From positions 2,706 through 66,705 of the forward strand of contig CAZCXV010000005.1 in assembly GCA_964502815.1 (NCBI GenBank): a stretch of DNA of 64,000 nt, read 5' to 3'. Both the position numbers and the translations under genes were made by a program. Source of the DNA: an uncultured Gammaproteobacteria bacterium (GTDB lineage: Bacteria; Patescibacteriota; Microgenomatia; UBA8517). This document shows, piece after piece, positions 28,854 to 42,089 of the stretch; position 1 is the first letter of the stretch; each line of letters opens with the position of its first letter. A model generated the notes under the pieces. It did no database searches, had not been told where the DNA came from, and worked only from the letters and a program-made list of their open reading frames with translations.

Positions 28854-29903
28854 TTATTTTATTTCCCTTTTTTCTAACTCTTCAAACCATAAATTCCAAT
28901 TTGAGGCAGAAAAGACTACTATCAAAGCCCGTAAAAAGATGTTTGCCAAACCAAAGATAATTAGTAGCATTGCCAAGAAGGCTACGCTTCCCCAATAGTC
29001 TGTTAACGAAAAGTTGGAAATATCTTTTGAGATGGCATTTACTAAAGGCAAGCCAAAGATAAAACCAGGGATACCAAGAACGATTAAGAGAACGATGTTG
29101 GTTACACAGCCAAAAGCAACTCCAGAAATGCCTGAAATTATCCCCATCAAAATAGTTGGGAAAAAGTTTCTCAGTGTTAACCTCCAACCCTTTTTCCAAG
29201 CCTTCCAAGCAGGTAGGGAATCATAGATTAAGGCTCTTTGAGATAAAACTGCAGTTAAACCAAGCTGTAAGAATAGCCAAATAAAGAAGATAGCTAGTGG
29301 AATAATGGCCAATCCTCCTAGATTACTGTTTGATATCGAGACTACAAACCCTGCCCCAAAGGCAACTATGAAAATTGCTAAGAAGATTGCTATTAGGACG
29401 ACAGTTTGGATGAGCGTTAATACAATCATACCCTTGATGTTTTTAATTCCCAAAGGAGAAGAGTTTTTTAAAGTTACTTCTTTTTCTTGGTTTGCCAGTC
29501 TAAGACCGGCGATTAAAGAGCCGTTTAGCCAAGCAGACAGAACCCAAGAAATAACGATTCCCAAAACTGCCGACCCAAGGACGCCTATAAATAGTAGAAA
29601 CCAGGTTTGGGGAGAAACACTAGTCAACCAATCGAGAAAAGAATTAGTAAAAGTTTCCAATACTTCTTTCGATTGGTTGAGATTATTTGAGTTTTCCAAC
29701 TTTTGGAAAGGCAAAGGTGAAGATATGGGGAGAGGTGGGGTTTGACTGCTGTTTTGATTACCAAAATTCTGCCCAATTCTGCCAAAGTTGCCACCGCCAG
29801 AGCCCCCAGCCGTTGCTGCAAGCGCTAGTCCATACACCCAGAGCCATTTGTATTTTTTGCTAATTTCAATTGACCTATTGATAATTTTTCCGTAATCAGC
29901 CAT
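28854..29903 (-). CDS. Multi-pass membrane protein, unknown function
   Basis: Several hydrophobic helices; likely start MADYGK at 29903. Confidence 0.75.
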   Translation of the reverse strand: MADYGKIINRSIEISKKYKWLWVYGLALAATAGGSGGGNFGRIGQNFGNQNSSQTPPLPISSPLPFQKLENSNNLNQSKEVLETFTNSFLDWLTSVSPQTWFLLFIGVLGSAVLGIVISWVLSAWLNGSLIAGLRLANQEKEVTLKNSSPLGIKNIKGMIVLTLIQTVVLIAIFLAIFIVAFGAGFVVSISNSNLGGLAIIPLAIFFIWLFLQLGLTAVLSQRALIYDSLPAWKAWKKGWRLTLRNFFPTILMGIISGISGVAFGCVTNIVLLIVLGIPGFIFGLPLVNAISKDISNFSLTDYWGSVAFLAMLLIIFGLANIFLRALIVVFSASNWNLWFEELEKREIK

Positions 29904-29938
29904 ATACAGATAACATTTTAGCAAAAAGAAGATAAACT

Positions 29939-30343
29939 TTAAAGTTTGATAACCACAGTACCGGCAATTTTGTCGTGCCAGCCTTGTCTTTTGTCATCCC
30001 AAATTATCCACAGGTAGCCAAGAAGAAGAACTAGACTCGAGATAAATCTGCCGACTATTTCTCTTAGGAAAGCAGTTACATAATCAGGATTTTGGCTAGT
30101 TCCAACCTTGACTACTTTTAAACCCAAAGCCTTCTTGCCAAGAGTTTGGCCAGTAGAGCCTGTAAAATAAATAAGATAACCCCAAGCAACAACTACGCCG
30201 ACTAATGTGCCAAAAGCCTGCAGCTTCATTGCTGCAAAAGCCATCGAGATAATTGAACTGGCAATCATTATCACAACAACATCAATTAAATAAGCCAGAA
30301 GCCTAAGTCCAAAGTTTGCGTATTTTTGATTTTCTGTTGCCAT
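29939..30343 (-). CDS. RDD family membrane protein
   Basis: YANFGLRLLAYLID, GQTLGKKALGLKVV, RQGWHDKIAGT; likely start MATENQ. Confidence 0.9.
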   Translation of the reverse strand: MATENQKYANFGLRLLAYLIDVVVIMIASSIISMAFAAMKLQAFGTLVGVVVAWGYLIYFTGSTGQTLGKKALGLKVVKVGTSQNPDYVTAFLREIVGRFISSLVLLLGYLWIIWDDKRQGWHDKIAGTVVIKL

Positions 30344-30375
30344 TTGTTTAGTGTAGGAAATTTCTAAGGTACTTG

Positions 30376-32388
30376 TCAATTGGGAATTTGGCTAGGCGTA
30401 GGGGAAGTTAGGGGTGTTGGAATTGGTGACGCAACAACTGGTGGTTGGGAGTCTGCAGACAACTCAAGTTGGGGATCAATAATTGGCTCACTTTCCTTGG
30501 GGGTAGTAAGTTCTCCGGCATTTAGAGCTTCATTGGCTGGCTTTCTGGCTTCTAAGTTTTCAAGTTCTTTTTTTGCCAATTTGTAATCTTCAGAATCTTT
30601 GTTAACCAAGCCCATAACAATCTTCATTTCGGAAATAGCTTTGTCTATTTGCTTATTTTCCCGATAACTAATCGCCAAATTGTAGTGGGCATTGGGGTAA
30701 TCTGGCTTGACAACTGTAGCCAATTTAAAGACGTCGACAGCGTTTTCAAAGTTTCCCGTTGAATAATAAATTCCCCCCAAAGAAAGCCTAAGAAAAGGGT
30801 TGACTGGATCAAGGATTATTGCCTGAGAGTAAGATTGAATCGCAAATTGATCAACGTCTTTGGCATAAGGCATAATTGATCTATAGATGTTACCCAGGAA
30901 TTCCCAATTTTCAGCTTTTTGGGGATTGATGGCCACAGCTTGTTTGGCAAGAGAAATGGCTTCTTGGATGTAGGAACTAATGGCACTTTTTTCTTGGTCG
31001 GTTAGTGTTCTTGGATCTTTTTTAGCAATAATATTGGCAATGGCAATATCAATACGAGCGGCATATAAATAGTAATTGTCCATTTTATTATTCTTTTCAA
31101 TCGCTTTAGAAAGATGAGTTTTAGTTGTCGTTCCACCGTCCTTTTGAGTTTCGGCTTTAACAGCCGAAGCAATATGGCTTTCGGCCGTAATTAACTTGAT
31201 CTCTACAGCCAGAGCATAGGCAATAAGAATCAAAAGGGGAATTGTAACTATGTAGACGGGAATTTTGTAGCTTTGGCTTCTAGTTTTGTCTATATATGGC
31301 AAATCGGGAATAATTGGTAAGTGAATTTTGGTAGTACTTGAAGACAATGAAAAAAGAACAAACAGTAGAAAGATGTTTACTAGGTTAAAAGGCATTATTA
31401 AAGCGGTTAAAAGTAGGCAAACTAAAGCAATATTGGCGCTTTTTGTGGCCATTTCTTGTTTGTTTACTGGTAAGCTTTTTATGGCAAAAAGGATAACAAG
31501 AGCAATCGCCAGCAGGCCAATTATGCCCGTTTCTGTCCAGAGAGTTAGGTAGAAGTTGTTGGCTGTATTAAATCTAGTACTCCAGAGCTTTGACTGGTTA
31601 TAGGAAATTGGTCTAAATTTATCAAAAGCAAATTTGTAATTGTCTACTCCAACTCCAAACAGAGGACTTTCTTTAAAAGTATCGATAGCGACAGTCCATG
31701 TAGTTGTCAAAGAAGGAAGAGGAAACACTTGGTCTTTTTGTGGAATCAGAGTATAAATTGAGACTAGAAGGCCAAAAGCTGTCAAAAAGGAAAGAAAACC
31801 AAAAGCGACTTTTTCCTTGACTTTTTTTTCATAAATTACACTTAACACCCCTAAAACTAAAAGCGGGAGTAAAAAAACAATTTGGGGAATAACTCCTCCG
31901 GTCAAAGAAAAGCTGGGACTTTTAAAGAATCCAGGAATACCAGGCAGACTGGATAAAACCTTGGTATAAACTAAAAGACTGATTAGAGAAACAATGGCTC
32001 CGGAAATAATTAAGCCAAGTTTGACAAGAGATTTGTTCTTTCCCTGATTGAGGGTGAAGTAGAAAAGCGAACAGGCAAGAACCACAGTTGCAGTTCCTGG
32101 AATAAAAAAAGCCTCCATCCTATTGGGGGACTTTATTAGGGCGCTGGCAAGGTAAGCGGCTGTTAATAGAAAGACGGCCGCGTCAAATTTAGATGTTGAA
32201 AAATCAATTGACTCTTTGCCGATTATTTTAACCAGCTTTAGGGCAACTAAAAGCAAAACCCCAGTAACCAGGAAGGCTGTCTTGGCAGGAAAGAAAACAT
32301 TTACAAATTCGGTGATAAAGAAAATAGGGAAAAGTACACATACTAATACAATAATAATTTTTTCAATATTTTCAATTATTTTTAACAT
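30376..32388 (-). CDS. O-antigen ligase/Wzy_C-like membrane protein with C-terminal TPR repeats
   Basis: About 12 TMs, PLFGVG..NY, N.YL..WTETGIIG, TPR motifs (ENWEFLGNIY, NAHYNLA). Confidence 0.82.
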   Translation of the reverse strand: MLKIIENIEKIIIVLVCVLFPIFFITEFVNVFFPAKTAFLVTGVLLLVALKLVKIIGKESIDFSTSKFDAAVFLLTAAYLASALIKSPNRMEAFFIPGTATVVLACSLFYFTLNQGKNKSLVKLGLIISGAIVSLISLLVYTKVLSSLPGIPGFFKSPSFSLTGGVIPQIVFLLPLLVLGVLSVIYEKKVKEKVAFGFLSFLTAFGLLVSIYTLIPQKDQVFPLPSLTTTWTVAIDTFKESPLFGVGVDNYKFAFDKFRPISYNQSKLWSTRFNTANNFYLTLWTETGIIGLLAIALVILFAIKSLPVNKQEMATKSANIALVCLLLTALIMPFNLVNIFLLFVLFSLSSSTTKIHLPIIPDLPYIDKTRSQSYKIPVYIVTIPLLILIAYALAVEIKLITAESHIASAVKAETQKDGGTTTKTHLSKAIEKNNKMDNYYLYAARIDIAIANIIAKKDPRTLTDQEKSAISSYIQEAISLAKQAVAINPQKAENWEFLGNIYRSIMPYAKDVDQFAIQSYSQAIILDPVNPFLRLSLGGIYYSTGNFENAVDVFKLATVVKPDYPNAHYNLAISYRENKQIDKAISEMKIVMGLVNKDSEDYKLAKKELENLEARKPANEALNAGELTTPKESEPIIDPQLELSADSQPPVVASPIPTPLTSPTPSQIPN

Positions 32389-32445
32389 AGTTTTAATGCA
32401 AGACTTAAGTAACTTTATCCTACTAAATGAGATATAATCAAGTAG

Positions 32446-33258
<813 letters not shown>

Positions 33259-33279
33259 ACAAATAACTTAAGTGAAAAT

Positions 33280-35001
33280 ATGTTTAATCCTCTAGCCATT
33301 TTCAAAAAAAAAGTTAATCTCAAAGACTCGGGGCTTAGTCCTGTTGTCCTATTGGTTTTGGATGGTTGGGGACTGGCTCCAGCAAGTCCAGGCAATCCGA
33401 TCCCCATGGCAAAAACTCCCAATATGAATTTGTTGATGGCTAAATTTCCCCACACCCAGCTTATTGCCTCAGGCGAATCAGTAGGTCTTCCGGCAAATGA
33501 AGTAGGCAATACCGAAGTGGGACATATAAATCTTGGAGCCGGGCGTACTATTTACCAAGATTTAAAAAGAATCAACCTGGCAATAGAAAGCGGCAAATTT
33601 TTTGACAATGAAGCTTTGATAAAAACAGTCAAACATGTCAAGGAATATGGCTCAAATCTGCATATCATGGGACTTGTTTCCTCGGGCAATGTTCATTCGT
33701 CTTTAAACCACTTCTGGGCAGTAATGAAGTTTATGCAAAAGTATGGCGTCAAAAATATCTACCTCCATTTATTTACTGACGGTCGAGATGCTCCGCCGAA
33801 GGAAGGAATAGATATCATTGCCAAAATTGAAGGTCAAATCAAAACTTTAGGTTTTGGCAAAATTGCCTCAATTTCAGGAAGGTACTATGCCATGGATAGA
33901 GATAGAAGGTGGGACAGAACTCAAAAAGCCTACGCGGCAATTATCCAAGGCGTGGGAAAGACGGCAAACGGCGCTGTTGAGGCAATGCAAATGGCCTATG
34001 GTAACGGCCAGACAGATGAATTTGTCGAGCCGACCGTTATTCTTGATAACGGCAAGCCACAAACTGTCAATGATAATGACGCGGTTTTGTTTTTTAACTT
34101 CAGAATCGACAGGCCAAGGCAATTAACGATGGCTTTTGTGGCTCAGGACTTCAAAGAGCTTGCCTCTTCCTGGGAATTTGACCCCTATGCGGTTAAATAT
34201 GAGGCCAAAGAAAGCAGGGCAGAACAAAAAATAATTCTAAAAGATCCTTTTCCAAGAGAGAAAATAGTTAAAAATCTTTTTTTTGTTACTTTTACCCAGT
34301 ATCAAAAGAATCTGCCGGTTTCGGCGGTAGCTTTTCCTCCCGAGGTCGTTGTCGATTCTTTGCCTGAAGTAATTTCTAAAAAAGGACTATTTCAGATGCA
34401 TATGGCAGAAAGCGAGAAGGAAAGATTTGTAACTTACTACTTTAACGGTCTTCGAGAAGAAGCCTTCTCTGGAGAAGATAAAGAAATAGTAGCTTCACCG
34501 CGTGTTGCTACCTATGACAAAAAGCCTGAGATGAGTGTTGGATCACTGTCTGACAAATTCAGCGAAGTGTTGGCCCTAAATAAGTACAAATTTATCATTG
34601 TAAATTTTGCCAATCCCGACATGGTAGCCCATACTGGCAATCTCCCCGCGACTATTAAAGCCTTGGAAGCAACAGATCTGGCGATTGGCAAAACAGTCAA
34701 TGCAGCTTTAGCCGTTGGAGGAACAATATTAATTACTGCGGACCACGGCAATGCCGAGGAGCTTTTAACCTATGAAGGCACGTCTTATTTTTTTACCTCG
34801 CAAAAAGGAACGGTAAATACCGACCATTCCAATAATCCTGTTCCTCTAATAATTGCCTCGCGGCTCCTGGAAGGAAAAAATGTAATTTTGCCCAAAGGCT
34901 CGCTTGCGGACGTAGCTCCTACTATATTAAACTTAATGGGAATAGCAGTCTCTGAAAAAATGACCGGAATTGATCTTTTGAAGGGGATAAGTAAGATTTA
35001 A
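33280..35001 (+). CDS. gpmI: 2,3-bisphosphoglycerate-independent phosphoglycerate mutase
   Basis: LDGWG, GNTEVGH, DGRD, GRYYAMDRD, NFR.DR, NPDMVAH, TADHGNAE. Confidence 0.93.
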   Translation: MFNPLAIFKKKVNLKDSGLSPVVLLVLDGWGLAPASPGNPIPMAKTPNMNLLMAKFPHTQLIASGESVGLPANEVGNTEVGHINLGAGRTIYQDLKRINLAIESGKFFDNEALIKTVKHVKEYGSNLHIMGLVSSGNVHSSLNHFWAVMKFMQKYGVKNIYLHLFTDGRDAPPKEGIDIIAKIEGQIKTLGFGKIASISGRYYAMDRDRRWDRTQKAYAAIIQGVGKTANGAVEAMQMAYGNGQTDEFVEPTVILDNGKPQTVNDNDAVLFFNFRIDRPRQLTMAFVAQDFKELASSWEFDPYAVKYEAKESRAEQKIILKDPFPREKIVKNLFFVTFTQYQKNLPVSAVAFPPEVVVDSLPEVISKKGLFQMHMAESEKERFVTYYFNGLREEAFSGEDKEIVASPRVATYDKKPEMSVGSLSDKFSEVLALNKYKFIIVNFANPDMVAHTGNLPATIKALEATDLAIGKTVNAALAVGGTILITADHGNAEELLTYEGTSYFFTSQKGTVNTDHSNNPVPLIIASRLLEGKNVILPKGSLADVAPTILNLMGIAVSEKMTGIDLLKGISKI

Positions 35002-35007
35002 AAAAAC

Positions 35008-35604
35008 ATGTTCAATCTGCCTACGATTTTAATCGCACTTGAGAGTCTAATTATTGTCTGGCTTTTTTTCTCGCTTCAAAAAATTACTTCTGACTTTTCG
35101 AGATTAAAAACGAAAGAAAATTTATTGAAAGATGCCGATTATCAAAGGCGAAAGGCAGAAAAAATTCTAGAAAATGCCAAGGAAAAATATGCACAAGTAA
35201 TTTCTCAGTCTTACAAAAAAGCCCAGCAAGTGATAGCTGACGCCAAAGTCTTTAATGAAGAAACTAAGGAAAAAGTCCTGGGAGAGTTGGGCAAATCGAT
35301 TCAAAACATAACTAGCGAGATCAAAAACGAAACCTTGGAAGAAGTTAGGGATTTTGGTCAAGAATTAAAAGAGGAGGTAAAAGTTCAGGAAGAAGCAAGC
35401 CAAAAAGTCATTGCTGACAAATATGACCAGGTTAATGCCGAAATTGAACAGTATAGAAAAAACAAAGTAACTGAAATAGATAAAAGTGCAGTCAAAGCCG
35501 TGGAAGAAGTAACTAAAAATATTTTGACAAAAAGTTTAGACCTTTCAGGCCATGAAGAATTCATATTAGAGGCGCTAGAAAATGCTAAAAAAAATCTACA
35601 CTAG
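35008..35604 (+). CDS. F-type ATPase subunit b-like (TM plus coiled coil), divergent
   Basis: N-terminal TM, long Ala/Glu/Lys heptad helix, position directly before delta and alpha. Confidence 0.7.
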   Translation: MFNLPTILIALESLIIVWLFFSLQKITSDFSRLKTKENLLKDADYQRRKAEKILENAKEKYAQVISQSYKKAQQVIADAKVFNEETKEKVLGELGKSIQNITSEIKNETLEEVRDFGQELKEEVKVQEEASQKVIADKYDQVNAEIEQYRKNKVTEIDKSAVKAVEEVTKNILTKSLDLSGHEEFILEALENAKKNLH

Positions 35605-36007
35605 GCTGGAAGTTGATGAAGTTCTTTCAGAGTTAAATCTTTTGAAAGTAAGCCTATCAAAAACTGACAATTCTTTTGACGAAGCTTTGAAAAATAAAGT
35701 GCGGCTGGATTTGGCTGATACGCCAAAAGATGTAGATCAGATTAGCCAGTTAATAAAACAAATTGAGTCTCTAAAGGTAGTAGAACTAGCGTTGGCAATC
35801 AAACCTACACAAAATTTTATTGAGAAAATACTTACTTTTGTCGAAACAAATTTCGGTCCAGACATTGTTTTAGATTTGAAATTTAACCCCGATTTAATCG
35901 CGGGAGCACAGGTAATATATGGTGGCAAGTATTTTGATTTTAGCCTCAAAAAATCGTTGGAGGATTATTTCAAAAACCTTCAAGGTGTCACCTTGAAGGT
36001 AGAGTAG
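35582..36007 (+). CDS. atpH: F-type ATPase subunit delta-like, divergent and short
   Basis: C-terminal OSCP-type motif FNPDLIAGAQVIYGGKYFDFSLK..L. Confidence 0.75.
   Translation: MLKKIYTRLEVDEVLSELNLLKVSLSKTDNSFDEALKNKVRLDLADTPKDVDQISQLIKQIESLKVVELALAIKPTQNFIEKILTFVETNFGPDIVLDLKFNPDLIAGAQVIYGGKYFDFSLKKSLEDYFKNLQGVTLKVE
35976..36000. repeat. 25-bp perfect palindrome, in frame at the C-terminus of the delta-like gene (LQGVTLKV)
   Basis: Identical to 25864-25888. Confidence 0.85.
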
Positions 36008-37481
36008 GAGAAAAATATGGGAAAATACATAGACTATTTAAATAAAACTGGCGAGATTGGAACCGTCATTTCAGTCATTCACGCAATTGTTTACGTCGAA
36101 GGTCTGCCTGGCACTCAAACTCACGAACTGATTGTTTTTGAAGAGGGGCAAATGGGTTATGCCCTAAGCCTGACTGAAGAAGCCGTCGAAGTCCTCCTTT
36201 TGTCAGATGGTGGAGTAAGGGTAGGGACAAAAGCGACCAGAACCAACGAGTTTTTGGAAATAGAAATAGGCCTTGAGTTACTCGGCAAGCACATAAATCC
36301 TTTGGGGGAGATAGTGGATGGAAACCAAATTAAGTATTTAAGTGGTCAGAGTGAAAAAAGAAAGATTGATATTTCCCCCCCGCCAATTTTGGCGCGCGAA
36401 GTAATCAAAGATGGTTTTGAAACTGGAATTACTTTAGTTGATCTGACAGTCCCTTTAGGTAAGGGCCAAAGGGAATTGGTGATTGGGGATAGAAAAACCG
36501 GCAAGACGGGTTTTTTGCAGGCAACCATGATCCATCAAGCCCAGATGGGAACTATTTGTATCTATGCCACTATGGGCAGACGTGCTCAGGATGTCAAAAG
36601 GTTTGAAGAAAACTTAAATAAAAAAGGCACTACCCAAAATGTAATCATCGTTTCGGCAACTTCGCCAGAGGCAGCAGGCTTGATTTTTATCACTCCTTAT
36701 GTCGCTATGACCATAGCGGAGTATTTCAGAGACCTTGGAAAAGATGTCTTAGTAATTCTTGACGACTTGACAAATCATGCTAAATACTGGCGGGAAATTT
36801 CACTTCTAGCCAAAAGATTTCCCGGCAGAAGCTCTTACCCTGGAGATATTTTCTATATCCACGCCAGACTTCTCGAACGCGCGGGAAAATTCAAAAAAGG
36901 CTCGATAACCGCGCTCCCAGTTGCCGAATCCGTCCTTGGCGATTTGTCAGGTTATATCCAGACAAATCTGATGGCTATGACCGACGGCCATATCTTTTTT
37001 GATTCCGATTTCTACAATCAAGGCAGGCGCCCAGCAATTAACCCTTTTCTTTCGGTCACTCGTGTTGGCCGCCAAGCCCAATCAGCGCTAGTTAAAGACC
37101 TAAGCCGGGAAGTGAGTACTTTCATGGTTCGCTATAAAAAGATGCAGGAATTCGTCCATTTTGGCGCCGAACTCAATGAAGAAGTCAGGCGAGCCTTGGC
37201 AATGGGGGACAGACTAGTTGCTTTTTTTGATCAGCCAACTGGCGGGGGAATGGATTTAAATGTTTCAGTTATTTTAACTGCTTTTTTGTGGGCAGGCTTT
37301 TGGGAAGAAGAAGAAATAGCTCAAATGAAAGCGCAAATCAGAATGTGTTTTGACTATTATCATACAAATCCAGATTACAAAGTTAAAGTAAATGAAATTA
37401 TCTCAAAAGCAAATACTTTTGCCGATTTAGTTACTAAAGTTCGCGAAAATAAAAATGATTTCATCTCATATCTTTTTGCCG

Positions 37482-39768
<2,287 letters not shown>

Positions 39769-39769
<1 letters not shown>

Positions 39770-40035
39770 TGCCTCAAAACCAAACTAGTGACTTAGAACT
39801 TACGGTAAGAGATCGAACGCGGGTTATTTTTAATGGTCCAATAAAATCTCTCTCTTCTGTAAATGAAACTGGGCCTTTTGATATTTTGCAAAGCCACGCC
39901 AATTTTATTTCGATTATCAAAGATAAGATCACAATAAGGGTTGAAGGCAAAAAAGAGGAAGAAATAAAGATTGACCAGGGAGTTTTGAAAGTAAAAGGGA
40001 ACAAAGTGACAGTCTATTTAGGGATAAAGGCCTAA
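39769..40035 (+). CDS. atpC: F1 ATPase subunit epsilon-like, N-terminal beta-sandwich only
   Basis: G.FDIL..HANFIS, I..GVLKV..NKV.V; 88 aa with no C-terminal helices. Confidence 0.8.
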
Positions 40036-40082
40036 CTAAAGGCGTTTGACTTTTACAGAATGTTATATTATCCTGTACAGTA

Positions 40083-40583
40083 ATGACCCAGATAAGCAAA
40101 CTAAATCTACTTTTGAAATCAGGTAGGAAGTTGTTCCACACTCAGGATTTAGCGGTTTTGTGGGCAATGGAAAACAGAAACTCACTTTATACTGTCATTA
40201 AGAGAATGGTAAAGAGGGGTATTTTACTTCCTGTCATAAAAGGTCTTTACTCAACCGTCCCACTTAATGAAATCAATAAATACCAATTGGGAACTGCCCT
40301 AATTCACAAATATTGTTATGTGAGTTTGGAAACTGTTCTTTTCAATGAGGGAATAATTCATCAAAAGATTTATCCGATAACTTTCGTGTCTTCTGTTTCT
40401 CAAAAAGTTGAACATGATGGTGTACTGTATATCTACAGAAAGATGAAGCCCGAGTTATTTTTTTCTCCAGATGGAATTGAAGAAAAAGATGGTTATTTTA
40501 TTGCAAGCCGTGATCGGGCTATTTCTGATATTTTGTATTTTAACCCTAAATACTATTTTGACAGTCTTGAAGAAGACAAATAA
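40083..40583 (+). CDS. AbiEi-like antitoxin (type IV TA)
   Basis: N-terminal wHTH (..KGLY), YVSLETVL...GII.Q, IAS.DRAI.D.LY. Confidence 0.82.
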   Translation: MTQISKLNLLLKSGRKLFHTQDLAVLWAMENRNSLYTVIKRMVKRGILLPVIKGLYSTVPLNEINKYQLGTALIHKYCYVSLETVLFNEGIIHQKIYPITFVSSVSQKVEHDGVLYIYRKMKPELFFSPDGIEEKDGYFIASRDRAISDILYFNPKYYFDSLEEDK

Positions 40584-40586
40584 AAA

Positions 40587-41324
40587 ATGATAACAGCGAA
40601 AAAAGAAGACCGTCTACATGAATTCCAGCTCATAAAACTTTTGACCGGAGTTTGTGACAATGAGATTCTTGCCCAAAACCTTTTTTTTAAGGGTGGTACT
40701 TGTGCTGCCTTGGCTGGATATTTGGATAGATTTTCAGTTGATTTGGATTTTGATTTGAGTCCAAAGGCAAACAAAGCAAAAGTAAGAGGAGAGTTGGAAA
40801 AAGTTTTTAAAGGGTTAGATTTTACAATTGAAAACAATAATCAGAAAACACTCTATTTCACCCTGAAATATAAATCCCCCGGTATTCAAAGAAATACACT
40901 TAAGCTGAGTGTCTTTGAAGAGATAGTTGAATCAAATGACTACAAACCAATATATTTGGCGCAAATTGAGAGACTAGTTAACTGTCAGGTTATTGAAACA
41001 ATGTTTGCTAATAAGTTGGTCACTCCTGTAGATCGATACCAAAAACATAAAAAGGTGGCCGGAAGAGATATATATGACATCTATTATTTTTTCTTCCAGG
41101 GGTATGATTTCAAAAAGGAAATTATTGAAGAGAGGACTGGATTAAATACTTCTGATTATCTTGATAAACTAATAAGTTTTATAGAAGAACGAGTAACTGA
41201 AGACATTTTAACCAGAGATCTAAATCTCCTTTTGCCATATGAAAAATTCAAAATAATAAGGAAGACACTAAAGAATGATGTTTTAATGCTTTTAAAAGGT
41301 TTTGGTCGGAGTGGGCAGAATTGA
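40587..41324 (+). CDS. AbiEii-family nucleotidyltransferase toxin
   Basis: FKGGT, RFSVDLDF, MFANK, GRDIYD. Confidence 0.9.
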   Translation: MITAKKEDRLHEFQLIKLLTGVCDNEILAQNLFFKGGTCAALAGYLDRFSVDLDFDLSPKANKAKVRGELEKVFKGLDFTIENNNQKTLYFTLKYKSPGIQRNTLKLSVFEEIVESNDYKPIYLAQIERLVNCQVIETMFANKLVTPVDRYQKHKKVAGRDIYDIYYFFFQGYDFKKEIIEERTGLNTSDYLDKLISFIEERVTEDILTRDLNLLLPYEKFKIIRKTLKNDVLMLLKGFGRSGQN

Positions 41325-41377
41325 ACTGCCTGCTTCTGCTTCCCGAAAGCAGCGGTCTACCGATGACCTACACTCCG
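41303..41377 (-). tRNA. tRNA-Pro(CGG) with encoded CCA
   Basis: CGGAGTG/CACTCCG acceptor, CTGCT-TTCGGGA-AGCAG anticodon arm, GGCAG-TTCAATT-CTGCC T arm, ACCA end. Confidence 0.95.
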
Positions 41378-41399
41378 TTTAATGATATTATAATCTCAA

Positions 41400-42089
41400 A
41401 TGACAGGAAATTTATATATAGTGGCCACCCCAATTGGAAATCTTCAGGATATGACTCTTAGAGCGATAGAAACTTTGAAGTCAGTTGAGCTCGTTATTGC
41501 TGAGGATACCAGAAAAACCAGTATTCTTTTGAGGCATTACGAAATAGATGTATCTAGTTTGAGCTATCACCAGCAAAGCAGTGACGATAAAAGATTTGAA
41601 ATTTTAAAAAGACTTTTGGACGGTAAAAATGTTGCCTTGGTAACTGACGCTGGAACTCCAGGCGTCTCTGATCCAGGCAATGAATTGATTGCTTTTTTGC
41701 TGGAAAAAGAGCCAGACATCAAAATAATTCCCATTCCCGGTTCATCAAGTCTAACAGCAGCCTTGTCAGTGAGTGGCATGAATGTAAATAAATTTGCGTT
41801 TCTTGGTTTTTTGCCCAAGAAGGGGAGACAAAAGCTGTTTTTAAGCCTGATTGAACAAAAAAATCCGATTGTCTTTTTTGAATCACCCTACAGAATTATC
41901 AAGACTATAGACTGGCTGATTGAACTAATGGGAGAAGACAAGGAAGTATTTGTAGGCCAAGAGTTAACCAAATTGCACGAGAGAATACTGAGAGGAAATT
42001 TGAAAAATGTAAAAGAGAAACTAGAAGAAGAACAAAAAACTCCTGCAGGCAGAGTTAGGGGAGAGATTGTGGTTATTTTGTCTTCTTAG
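41400..42089 (+). CDS. rsmI: 16S rRNA (cytidine1402-2'-O)-methyltransferase
   Basis: LYIVATPIGNL.D.T.RA, AEDTR, DAGTPGVSDPG, FESPYR, ELTKLHE. Confidence 0.96.
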   Translation: MTGNLYIVATPIGNLQDMTLRAIETLKSVELVIAEDTRKTSILLRHYEIDVSSLSYHQQSSDDKRFEILKRLLDGKNVALVTDAGTPGVSDPGNELIAFLLEKEPDIKIIPIPGSSSLTAALSVSGMNVNKFAFLGFLPKKGRQKLFLSLIEQKNPIVFFESPYRIIKTIDWLIELMGEDKEVFVGQELTKLHERILRGNLKNVKEKLEEEQKTPAGRVRGEIVVILSS

